Below are positions 36,161-46,484 of a DNA stretch of 64,000 nt, piece after piece. Made by a program: the position numbers and the translations under genes. The DNA lies in assembly GCA_038087875.1 (NCBI GenBank), contig CM075978.1, positions 179,862,001 through 179,926,000 on the forward strand. Direction: 5' to 3'. Within the stretch, counting starts at the first letter, position 1, and each line of letters begins with the position of its first letter. Under the pieces are notes generated by a model. That model was not told the DNA's origin and ran no database searches. It was given only the letters and a program-made list of their open reading frames with translations. The stretch is from Malacoraja senta (Eukaryota).

Positions 36161-36800
36161 ATATTTTGTGTCGTGACATATGAAAACATTCATATTTGGT
36201 GTCGTGGCCAAGCAGAACGTATGGCCTCTGTACCATCTGTGCTCCCACACTTGGGAACCACGGACATACACGCAATGGTACACCTGTTCGTCAACATTCC
36301 TCAACAATCTATCATTTACTCCCTCCGGTCGGTCCGCATGATCTACATCGGTGAGACCAAGCGGAGGCTTGGCGATCGTTTCGCCGAACACCTCCGGTCG
36401 GTCCGCAATAACCACTTGACCTCCCGGTGGCTCAGCACTTCAACTCCCCCTCCCATTCCGTATCTGACCTCTCTGTCCTGGGTCTCCTCCCATGGCCACA
36501 GCGAGCAACACCGTAAATTGGAGGAAATGCACCTCATATTCCGCTTGGGCAGTCTACATCCTGGGGCTTGAACATTGAATTCTCCCAATTCTGCTAGCCC
36601 TTGCCTTCCCTTCATCAGCCCTCTGGTTGTCTCCTCCCCTCCCCCAGCCCTCAGGCTCCTCCTCCGCCTTTTTCCTTTTTTCCTTTCTTCTCCCCACCCC
36701 CTATCAGTCTGAAGAAAGGTTTCGGCCGAAACGTTGCCTATTTCATTCGCTCCATAGATGCTGCTGCACCCGCTGAGTTTCTCCAGCATTTTTGTGTACC
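36160..36800 (+). mobile_element. Penelope-like element 3' part (GIY-YIG) with a hammerhead-like motif at 36709-36735
   Basis: IYIGETKRRLGDRFAEHLRSV..RKLEEMHLIFRLGSLHP; CUGAAGA-AA-[GGU UUCG GCC]-GAAA-CGUU. Confidence 0.85.
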
Positions 36801-37523
36801 TACCATTTACTCTCTATTTTTCTCCCCTATGTGACCTCACGATATAATCACCTGGTACGTTTCGAGGTTAAATTTCATTTGACGACACTCCAACCAAAAG
36901 TTCAGCTGCTTTCTGATAGATTACATTGCTGCTAGAGATTCTTGGATAAGATTAATGTGAGGGGTTTCAAAGCCCGCAAGTTACCCACTGGTGGTCAATT
37001 TCTTGGCTCAGCGAAATGAAGTGCGAAGAAAATTCAAAATTTTGTCGCGCCAAACTGCAATAACTGATATAGGAGGTATGGTGTTGATATATTCCGTTTC
37101 TAAAATAATATATTCCTTTCACCAATTTATGTGCCCCCTCTCCCTCTCCTGTGTGCTTTTTTTGTTGCAAATCCTACTGGCTTTCTCATTTGATCATCAA
37201 CGAAATGCTGAATATTTTTCACTGTGCTCAAGAAACAGAGAGTATCGGCGTGGTAGCCGATCTCGAGGTTTATTTGGTTTATTACCTGAACTCCAAGAAA
37301 AGAAACCTAAATCGGTATTTGAAGTAGCTTCATTATCGCTGGGTGAGCGAACTCCGTAAATACCGGCCTCAAAGTGAGATTTAGATCGGGCATCAGTACT
37401 TGGTCTAGGTAACAACAAAACCATTTTCAAACTGCGCCATTATAATTAACTGGCTCGTGGTTAATAAAATCAATCTTTCAATGACGCAAATTCATATAAT
37501 GTTGTGCCCTTTCTGTTCCGCAG

Positions 37524-37836
37524 CTCTTCCAACCCCACTGAAGATTTTCGCCAAGACCCCCGAAATGAATTCAGCCGGGACTTGTATCCTTGTGTGTGAA
37601 ACGGCTGCATTTCATCCCAGGAATTTGACACTTACCTGGTATAAGAACGGCGTCGAAACTACATTGGAAATATTTACTGAAACAACGCAGAACTCCGAGG
37701 GACTGCATGAGGTTACCAGCTCCTTAATCGAGACGCAGCCAGTGCAGAACGACGCCAAATATACGTGTTTAGGATCACATGCCCTCTCTCTATACTTCAG
37801 CAAAGGCTAACATTTCTGTTTCCAAATGTCGCCAAG
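37524..37836 (+). CDS. C1-set Ig exon of paralogue B, with a +1 frameshift near the 3' end (stop at 37808-37810)
   Basis: (A)LPTPLKIF..CILVCETAAFHPRNLTLTWYKNG..YTCLGSHALS. The exon is 313 nt versus 312 nt for A's ancestral exon. Donor GTAAGA at 37837. Confidence 0.85.
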
Positions 37837-37941
37837 GTAAGAGGCCAACGGAGATATTTCTTGCTAAGTTAGCAGAGATGAATCATACTTGTTCGCGAAG
37901 AAAATGCACCTTAATTCAATTGGAAATATCAACTAGAGCGT

Positions 37942-38018
37942 GAAATTAACGTTTAATATTTAATATCAGCCACTCTTGGACCAAGAGTGTCTGATATTAA
38001 ATATTAAACGTTAATTTC
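37942..38018. repeat. 77-bp near-perfect palindrome
   Basis: 38-bp arms with 1 mismatch and a single-base centre. Confidence 0.95.
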
Positions 38019-38289
38019 GGAAACGGAATTTCGGAAACGTCTTGGTGCAATACCGAATGCAACAAAACGGTTAACAATTACATTAGTTTGCATTCTAAAT
38101 CTTACATTTATCCTCTAAAGTATTCCTCACAATTTATATTTATTAGCATGTAATATTAAGACACCCTTTGTGTTCCTTTAAAAAAATCTACACACGCCAT
38201 GAACGTAAAACATAGAAAGATACTGCACAGAAACGGCCCATCGGCCCGTTATGCGTCGGAAACAATGCCACGATAAACTAATCGGAGAT

Positions 38290-38385
38290 GTCCTGATTCT
38301 TTAGGGAATGGGGGTTCCCCTCTTCCATTCTAGGTGAGGCTCTCACTAGGGTCTCCTCGATATCCCGCAGCTCCGCTCTTCCTCT
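38290..38385 (+). mobile_element. Penelope-like RT-thumb fragment
   Basis: Reads [28 protein letters not shown]. Confidence 0.5.
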
Positions 38386-38394
38386 TTATAACAA

Positions 38395-39006
38395 GAGGAA
38401 TCGAATATGGGAGCAAAGAGGTCCTTCTGAAGTTGTACAGAGCCCTAGTGAGACCACACCTGGAGTATTGTGTGCAGTTTTGGTCCCTAATTTGAGGAAG
38501 GATATTCTTGCTAGTGAGGGAGTGCAGCGTAGGTTTACAAGGGATGGCGGGCCTGTCATATGCGGAGAGAATGGAGCAGCTGGGCTTGTACACTCTGGAG
38601 TTTAGAAGGATGAGAGGGTATCTCATTGAAGCAATATAAGATTGTTAAGGGTTTGGACGAGCTAGAGGCAGGAAACATGTTTCCGATGTTGGGGGAGTCC
38701 AGAACCAGGGCCACAGTTTAAGAATACGGAGTAAGCCATTTAGAACGGAGACGAGGGAACACTTTTTCTAACAGAGAGTTGTGAGTCTGTGGAATTCTCT
38801 GCCTCAGAGGGTGGTGGAGGCATGTTCTCTGGATGCTTTCAGAGAGGGCTAGATAGGGCTCTTAATAATAGCGGAGTCAGGGATATGGGGAGAAGGGAGG
38901 GATGGGGTACTGATTGGGGATGATCAGCTATGATCACATTGAATGGTGGTGCTGGCTCGAAGGGCCGAATGACCTACTCCTGCACCTATTGTCTATTGTC
39001 TATTGT
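38395..39006 (+). mobile_element. CR1 3' fragment with (CTATTGT)n tail
   Basis: [19 protein letters not shown], followed by a CR1 3' UTR. Confidence 0.9.
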
Positions 39007-39029
39007 CTACCCCCCCCCCATCCGTAACA

Positions 39030-39530
39030 AGGACAGAGCCCCCCTTGTCCCCACCCAGGAGTCCTGTCCTGGGCCTCCTCCATTGTCAGAGTGAGGCCCA
39101 GTGCAAATTGGAGGAACAGCATCTCATATTTCGCTTGGGTAGTTTGCACCCCAGCGGTATGAACGTTGATTTCTCTAATTTCAGATAGCCCTTGCATTCT
39201 CCCTCCTTCCGCTCCCCTTCCCAGTTCTCCTACTAGTCCTACTGTCTCCGCTTACTTTCTATATTTTTCCCGCTCCACCCCACACCAGTCTGAAGAAGGG
39301 TCTCGACCCAAAGCATCACCCAATCTTTATCTCAGATGCTGCGCACCCAATGAGTTATTCCAACATTTTGTGTCCCCTGCTAGTCCTACTGTCTCTGCCT
39401 ACTTTCTATCTTTGTCCAGCCCCCTCTCCCGACATCAGTCTGAAGAAGGGGCTCGACCTGAAACGTCACCCATTCCTTCTCTCCATTGAATTGCCTCACC
39501 CGCTGAATTACTCAAACGTTTTGTGTCTTC
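39030..39530 (+). mobile_element. Penelope-like 3' fragment with tandemly repeated terminus (two hammerhead-like copies; 39440-39467 is the better one)
   Basis: KLEEQHLIFRLGSLHP, then a ~150-bp tandem duplication containing agtctgaagaaggg. Confidence 0.75.
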
Positions 39531-40887
39531 CATGATAAACTAATCTCATTTGCTTGCACATGGTCCATATCACTGCATTCCCAGCATAATAATTTGGCTA
39601 TCAAAAAGCCTTTTGCATGCCACTATCGTATCTGCCTCCATCGCCCCACCTAGAAGCTCGTTCCATGCACCCACCATTCACTGTGTCAAAAATCTTGCAC
39701 CGCAGATCTGTTTGTCTGTCTGTCCGTCCGTCCGTCCGTCCGTACGTACGTCCGTACGTACGTCCGTCTATCTGTGTTTGCCCATGTGATCCTGGAACTA
39801 CACCAAAACGGTACACGGCACCACCTTACTCACCATTGTCCTGCGGTCGTTTGTGTCAACTCGTTCAGATTGATGTTATATTTCACGTTATTGACATTTA
39901 AAAATTTACAAAACCCCACTTTGAGAACAATAACTTGGCAGTTGCTGTACCAGCTGCTGAGAGATTCTGGCAGTTTCCAGCTATGGCATCACAATTGGCT
40001 CTTGCAGTCCTCCACCAGACAATGACATCACAATGGGATCTCATTTATATAAGCTGCTGTTAACAGTCCTCCACCCGAGAATGACATCACAATGGGATCT
40101 CAGCTGCCAATCAACAGTGTTGGGATAAGCTCCACCCAGTGCAATGAGAGATTTCTTACATTGTTGTAAGGAGACAGAGGTGTGGGGGAGGGGAGGAGAA
40201 GAAATGTTATTTAAACATTGTGTTTAGTGGGGGAGTGCGATAGGGGAGAGGTGAGGGAGGGAGTGACTAAGGGGAGGGAAAAGGAGAGGGAGGGAGAGGT
40301 GAGGTAGGGAGTGGAGGAGGGTAGGAGGCGAGGGGAGAGAAGAGGGAGGGTGAAGACGAGGGGGGTGTAGTGTATGAGCCATGCCTGTGCAGTTGGGCCA
40401 AATGGGTGAGTGGTGGAATATTGCATTGGGGAACAGATTACGTTGGGGGAACGGGTGAGTGGTGGTAATGTGTTTGCATTGGGGAAACAGATGAGTGGTG
40501 GAATAGTGCAATTTCGTTCAAACCATTCTGTTTGAATGACAACAAAAGGCATTCTATTCTATTCTATTCTATATTGCGTGTGGGAGCGGGGCCCAACGGG
40601 TCAGGTTGGTAAGGAGGGCAGAGGGGTTATGGAGGGTGGGAGGGAGTGACTGAGGGTCGGGCAAGGAGAAGGAGGGAGAGGTGAGGGAGGGAGTCATGGA
40701 GGGGAGGAGGAGGAGAGGGGAGAGAAGAGGGAGGGTGAAGAGGAGGGGTGGGAGTGTTAGGGATGAGGGGAAATGAGCCGCGCCCAGGGGCGGAAACCAC
40801 TATCAAAACGTGGGGGGGACACATTTCTTTGCTGGCCCCGCGCATGCGCAAGCACGCACGCACGCGAACGCATGCGCGCGCACGCAC

Positions 40888-40929
<42 letters not shown>

Positions 40930-43900
40930 GAGGCTTTGGAGGCTTCAGCCGTGGGCCCTGTGAACTGTAACATCGGAGCTGACCTGTTTAAGAAAGAACT
41001 GCAGATGCTGGAATAATCGAAGGTTGACAAAAATGCAGGTGAGACTGCATCTATGTAGAGAAGGAATAGTTGACATTTCGGCTCGAAATCCTTCTACAGA
41101 CCAGATCTGAGGAAGGGTCTCGACCCAAAACGTAACCCATTCTTTCGCTCCATAGATGCAGCCTCACCCGCTGAGTTTCTCCAGCATTTTTGTCTACCTT
41201 CGGGAGCTGACCTGGTTGGTGACCGAATCTGAACTCCAGCAACAGCAGCTTCATCCGCCCCGAATCGTGGGGCTTGAATCAACCCGTTTGCGGGGCCTTT
41301 TGTCGCCCGGCGCGACTTTAAATCGGCCGGCGGAGGCTTCAACATCAGGAGCCTCGATGGCCTCGATGCAGCAGATTGATTTTAAGCCACGCTGGGCGAT
41401 GAAAGGCCCTGCGAACGGGCCGATTCAGCCATTAGAAAGCGTCTGATACCCACTTGAATCTTTCAAAAGCTACGTTGTGATAAATAACACAAACAAATAA
41501 AACTGAAGCTAATAAAGGTAAACAGAAGAACCAACCTTGGAGGGGGGAGAGAGAGAGAGAGATGGGAAAAACATACTAAAAACGTGAGTGACCTGAATGA
41601 GGGACCTGCCTGCAAGCCAGCCAGGAAACCCATTCGACCGGAGCCTAATGACCTGACCCTTTTAAATCCGATGCTCGTTTAAATCTTTCCCATCAACGAA
41701 TACATCCAATTAATTCAAATGGTAATTGTACCCGCATCAGGCAGCTTTAAGAAATTCTCCATGAATACCTTCAGTAATACTTGTAGGTCAAAACACAATT
41801 GGTGACACATCGTGTTAATACGATGTTAATGGAGGCATTTAACAAGCGCTTAACAGTGACACCCCTGACTGTTTCGCGGAAAGCAGAGATTTTAATAGAT
41901 TTTTTTCACCAAATTTCGAAATCCAGATTACAAAACATGGGGGGGATTGTCTCCCACCTCTCAAAACATGGAGGGGGCGTGTCCCCTGTCCTCCTGGGAT
42001 TTCCGCCCGTGCCCACGCCTGCACGGTTGGGGGAATGGGTGAGTGGTGGATTATTACATTGGGGGAACGGGGCCCAACGCATCCCACTTGGTCCAGTATN
42101 NNNNNNNNNNNNNNNNNNNNNNNNNNNNNNNNNNNNNNNNNNNNNNNNNNNNNNNNNNNNNNNNNNNNNNNNNNNNNNNNNNNNNNNNNNNNNNNNNNNN
42201 NNNNNNNNNNNNNNNNNNNNNNNNNNNNNNNNNNNNNNNNNNNNNNNNNNNNACTTCCAGTCTCTGTTGTAATTAAATTTGCGCAAAAAACCTACATTGC
42301 TGGATTTTTGCCACCTTACTCACTGTTCTCCTCTGCTCCAAGCCACCAAGTTTTGTTCCGGTCGGTGAAAAATGAGAAAAGCTATGAAGGTTTTAAAAAT
42401 CGTGAGATCAGCAGATTGGTCTTCTCGCCTGTCAGTCACAATGAAGATAACGCCCCTTCCAGCACCCGCTGGATAATAAAGCCGGGACTTTATAATAATA
42501 GAGGCGGGGCTGAGTAAACAAGCCGTGCTGATTGAGACCGCAAGAGTGGAGTCGGAAAAAGGCGCTGTGTGGGGTCGAGTAAGCCGCTGTGTGGAGTCGG
42601 GAAAGCCGCTGTGCGGAGTCGGGGAAGCCGCTGTGCAGAGTCGGGAAAGCCGCTGTGTGGAGCCGGGAAAGCTGCTGTGTGGAGCCGGGAAAGCCGCTGT
42701 GCGGGGTCGGGAAAGCCGCTGTGTGGAGTCGGGAAAGCCGCTGTGTGGAGTCGGGAAAGCCGATGTGTGGAGTCGGGTAAGCTGCAGTGTAGAGTCGGGA
42801 GGTGCTGTGTCGGGAGCACCCCCTCCCCCACACCCCCTTCCCCCACACCCCCCTTCCCCACACAAACCCCTTCCCACACACACACACACCCCTACCCTAC
42901 TCCCCACACCCTCCCCCAAACCCCCCTCCCACACACACACCCTCCCCCACTCCCCCACACCCAAGTCTGGGGATATGGTGAGAAGGCAGGAACGGGGTAC
43001 TGATTGGGGATGATCAGCCATGATCACATTGAATGGCAGTGCTGGCTCGAAGGGCCGAATGGCCTACTCCTGCACCTATTATCTATTGTCTATTGTATCA
43101 CAAAACCCCGCCAAAATGGTACACGACAGTGCTACAATGTTTGGCACACCTTACTCAACATTGTCCTGGGATGTAAATGAAACAAGTTTTGTTTGGATTG
43201 ATGTTATATGTTACAAGTTATTGACATTTTAATCTTTACAAAAATCACTTTTCAAACCACTTTTCCACTGGCCCAGCCGGTCAGCCGCGTTCGACGTCAC
43301 AATGACGTCACTATGTGATCCGGAATCTGATTTACATTTAAAAATCGCGATTTTCAAAAGAACTCAATCAAATTCTTCCGTTTTCATTAACAGCTAACAT
43401 TATGTTTAGATTATTTTAAAGAAAAAAAAACGCGATTTTCATTGAGAATTTAATTTGAAAAAACATCGCGAATTTCATTGTGGTGGGGTAGGGGTGGTGA
43501 GGAGTGGGGGAGCAGGGGATAGAGGGAGAGGAGGGGGCTAGGAAGGGGAGAGGGGATATGGAGGGAGGGAGAGAGTGGCTGTGGGTAGGGGAAAGGAGTG
43601 GGAGGGAGAGGTGAGGGAGGGAGTGCTGGGGCAAGAGGGGGAATAGAGGAGGATAGGGGTAGGACGAGGGATGGCGAGGCGCAGTTGTGGGAGGGTTGCC
43701 ATGAATCGCGTCACAACGGGGATCTCTAGCGTCACAACGGGAACCCCTCAGCCGCGCCTGCGCAGTTGGGGGATATGGGTCAGTGGCGGAATATCGCCTT
43801 GGGGGACGGGCCTGGTCTTGTCTCCTATAAACGTTGCCCCTGTCGACTTAATACTATGTCCCTATTCTTTGATAGTGCTATCCTGGCAAAAAGATTCTGA

Positions 43901-45266
43901 CTGGCTACACTATCTATGTCTCTCATGATTTTGTATACTTCTATCAGGTCTCCCTTCAATCTTCCACATGTTTGTTCAATCTCCCCTTGCAGCAAATGCC
44001 CCTTAATCTAGGCAAAATTTGTGTAAACTTCTTCACATCCTTCCTGTAATGAGACGGCAATAACTGCACGTAATATTACAAATGCTTTCTAGCTAAAGCG
44101 CTAGGGAGCCGGATCATGACTCCCCGACTAATGTTCAATGCCGCGACCAATGAAGGCAAACATGCCAGCCGAACACCCCTTCTTTATCACTCTTTCTGCT
44201 GGTGTTGTCACTTTCAGGAAGCTATTGATCAGGACCCCAAAATTCATCTGTATTATTGTAAAGGGCCTTGCCATTAACTGTATACTTTCCCTTTACATTT
44301 AACCCTGAAATATATCGATTTAAAATTGCATCTGGCGATTGTTAATTGAGATATCGAATTTAGCTATCAATTTTATAAACAATGGTGGGAACAAATTCTC
44401 CAGTTTTCCAATAATGTAACACTCTCCCTTCCCCGTATTTCTTTCGTGTGCCACTCCCCCCATCCCAGTACGCACACATTTCTTCCGCTGTTCCGCCCTT
44501 CTCTCCCCTACCCCCCCGCCCCACTGTCTTCCAACTATATCCCTCCACCTGGCTTTACATTTCATTCCTGTTCTATCTTTAACTGTCAGCCTTTTATCTG
44601 CATTTTATTTCCAGCCATTCCCCACCACCAGCTTCTAATACAACCCCCTTCATCTGTGTCCGCTTAGGTCTTTTCCAGCTTTCTCCCTCTACTACAACGC
44701 ATTTAAAGAAGTGTCCCAACCCAAACCTATCTATTTTTCCGTAGATGCCGGCTGGCCTGTTGAGTTACTCTAGCATTTGTGTTGTTCTCAAGACCCGTTT
44801 ATGCAGTTCCTTATATTTGCGTTGTTTTTGTTTGCATGTGTGGGGCTTGACAAAAATCCTAGTTCTACCACGGCGTGCCGACTTCCATATTGATTCACCA
44901 GCATTCTCATTTGAACAAGCGCACCGTTGAGCAAATGGAATTCGGTGATTGTCACTATTTTTTGCCATTCACTGCTTTGCACTGAAAAACGCGGACCAAC
45001 TGTGACTTTCCCTGAGGAAAGACCATAAGGGAAGTTGCGTATACCGTCCTGCATTAGGTTCAGCAAAGCAACTATTTCATTTTCCACAGCTGCTAATTAT
45101 TCGAAGCTCGATTAAGAATCTCCCTGTTCACTCCGGTGAAGAATAATTTCCTCAGAATAGTTTCCCAAGCAGACATCGTTTCTATACTCAGAAATAATTA
45201 ACTAGCACAAGTTTCACCAATACACACACACACACGGGAATTAATCTGCTCCTATTATTTCTGCAG

Positions 45267-45372
45267 TTAATGCTTTCGCCTTCCACATTAGACATGCTCT
45301 GGCCTCTCTGGTGCTCCTGATCCTGATTGGTGTCGTTATTGGGACGCACTGTCAGTTGCCGTTTTATAAAAG
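45267..45372 (+). CDS. TM exon of paralogue B
   Basis: Same exon as 4949-5054. It joins the C1 exon donor (37836) in phase 1. Confidence 0.8.
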
Positions 45373-46408
45373 GTACGTTATATATGAAAACAATATGTTC
45401 GTACAATATTTCATGGAATTAGGAAAGATATATGCGAGAGTTTATGTATTGCGCAGAGGATCATAAATATAATTATAATTTAAACCTGAAGGACGTGGAT
45501 TGTGACTGTCAATTCTTTGAAATGCCAATATATTCTTGGCAACTTAGCATGAAGAAGTAAGAAGATCTGGATGCAAGTAAATTAATAATTAGCATCCGTG
45601 AATGCTCAAGTTGTTTATTCTGGTTAAATCCAATGAGCTGGCAAGGAATCCAAGAGCCGGTAAGACCACGCTCCCTCTCATGCAACTTTTTTCTTCAAAC
45701 ATTCTTCGCCGGTAATATTCAATATTGAAGAGTGTTGAAGCGCAGATATTTTATCAAACGCAAAAAGTAAAGTTTCATGTTTATCTAAAGTCTGCATCCA
45801 GACTGATGAAACATGCAAGTCATGCAAGATGCATATTTTCCAGGAGAAGGTGCTAATATCCGTCGTCTTTTCACTCTCAATTTTAAATTATTTCCCGCAG
45901 AATAGGCGAATGTAGTGTAAAATTACCTGCAAAATCCTTATCATTTGTGTCTATGTTCCGCAATTGCAATTAAACCTAAAATGCAGAGATAACAAACCGG
46001 CATTAATAAAATAAAACTTGAAAGAAATTCAGTGGTTCAGCCAGACCCAGATTCCCCCTCTCCCTCCCCTCTCTCTTGCTCCCTCTCAATCCGGGTTTTC
46101 AACCAGCAATGTAAACTGATGACTTCAGTCTCTACAAATTTTACTTCATGCGATGAGTCCATTCACTCTTTTTTAAAACTTAAAATGCTTACGGTATTCA
46201 ATCCCTTTGGAGTAAATGGGATAAAAGTAAACTTCTGTCTTTACTGAAATTGTACCCATTTATAAATGTGATGTTATTTCTAATTGTTGAATATATTTTA
46301 TCCGCCTAAAAAAGTATCCTTAAATTATCTTCTATAGAACAAATGTTTGCATAATTAAATTGTACCTATAGTTAGCAAGGTTTTCTCCACCCTCTCTTGT
46401 TTGTGCAG

Positions 46409-46484
46409 GGTCTATGTAAGAAAAAGCCATAAAGTAGAGAGTGTTGGAAACCTCAAGCAGGATCAACGAAGCGACACCCAATGA
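46409..46484 (+). CDS. Cytoplasmic-tail exon of paralogue B (24 aa plus stop)
   Basis: Same exon as 6091-6166. Confidence 0.75.

Noticed and set aside
34612-37836. Germline-joined Ig light chain or TCR gene (common in cartilaginous fish)
   Set aside because: There is no FGxG J motif or IgL/TCR framework signature. TM and tail exons follow, unlike IgL, and the TM lacks the TCR CART pattern.
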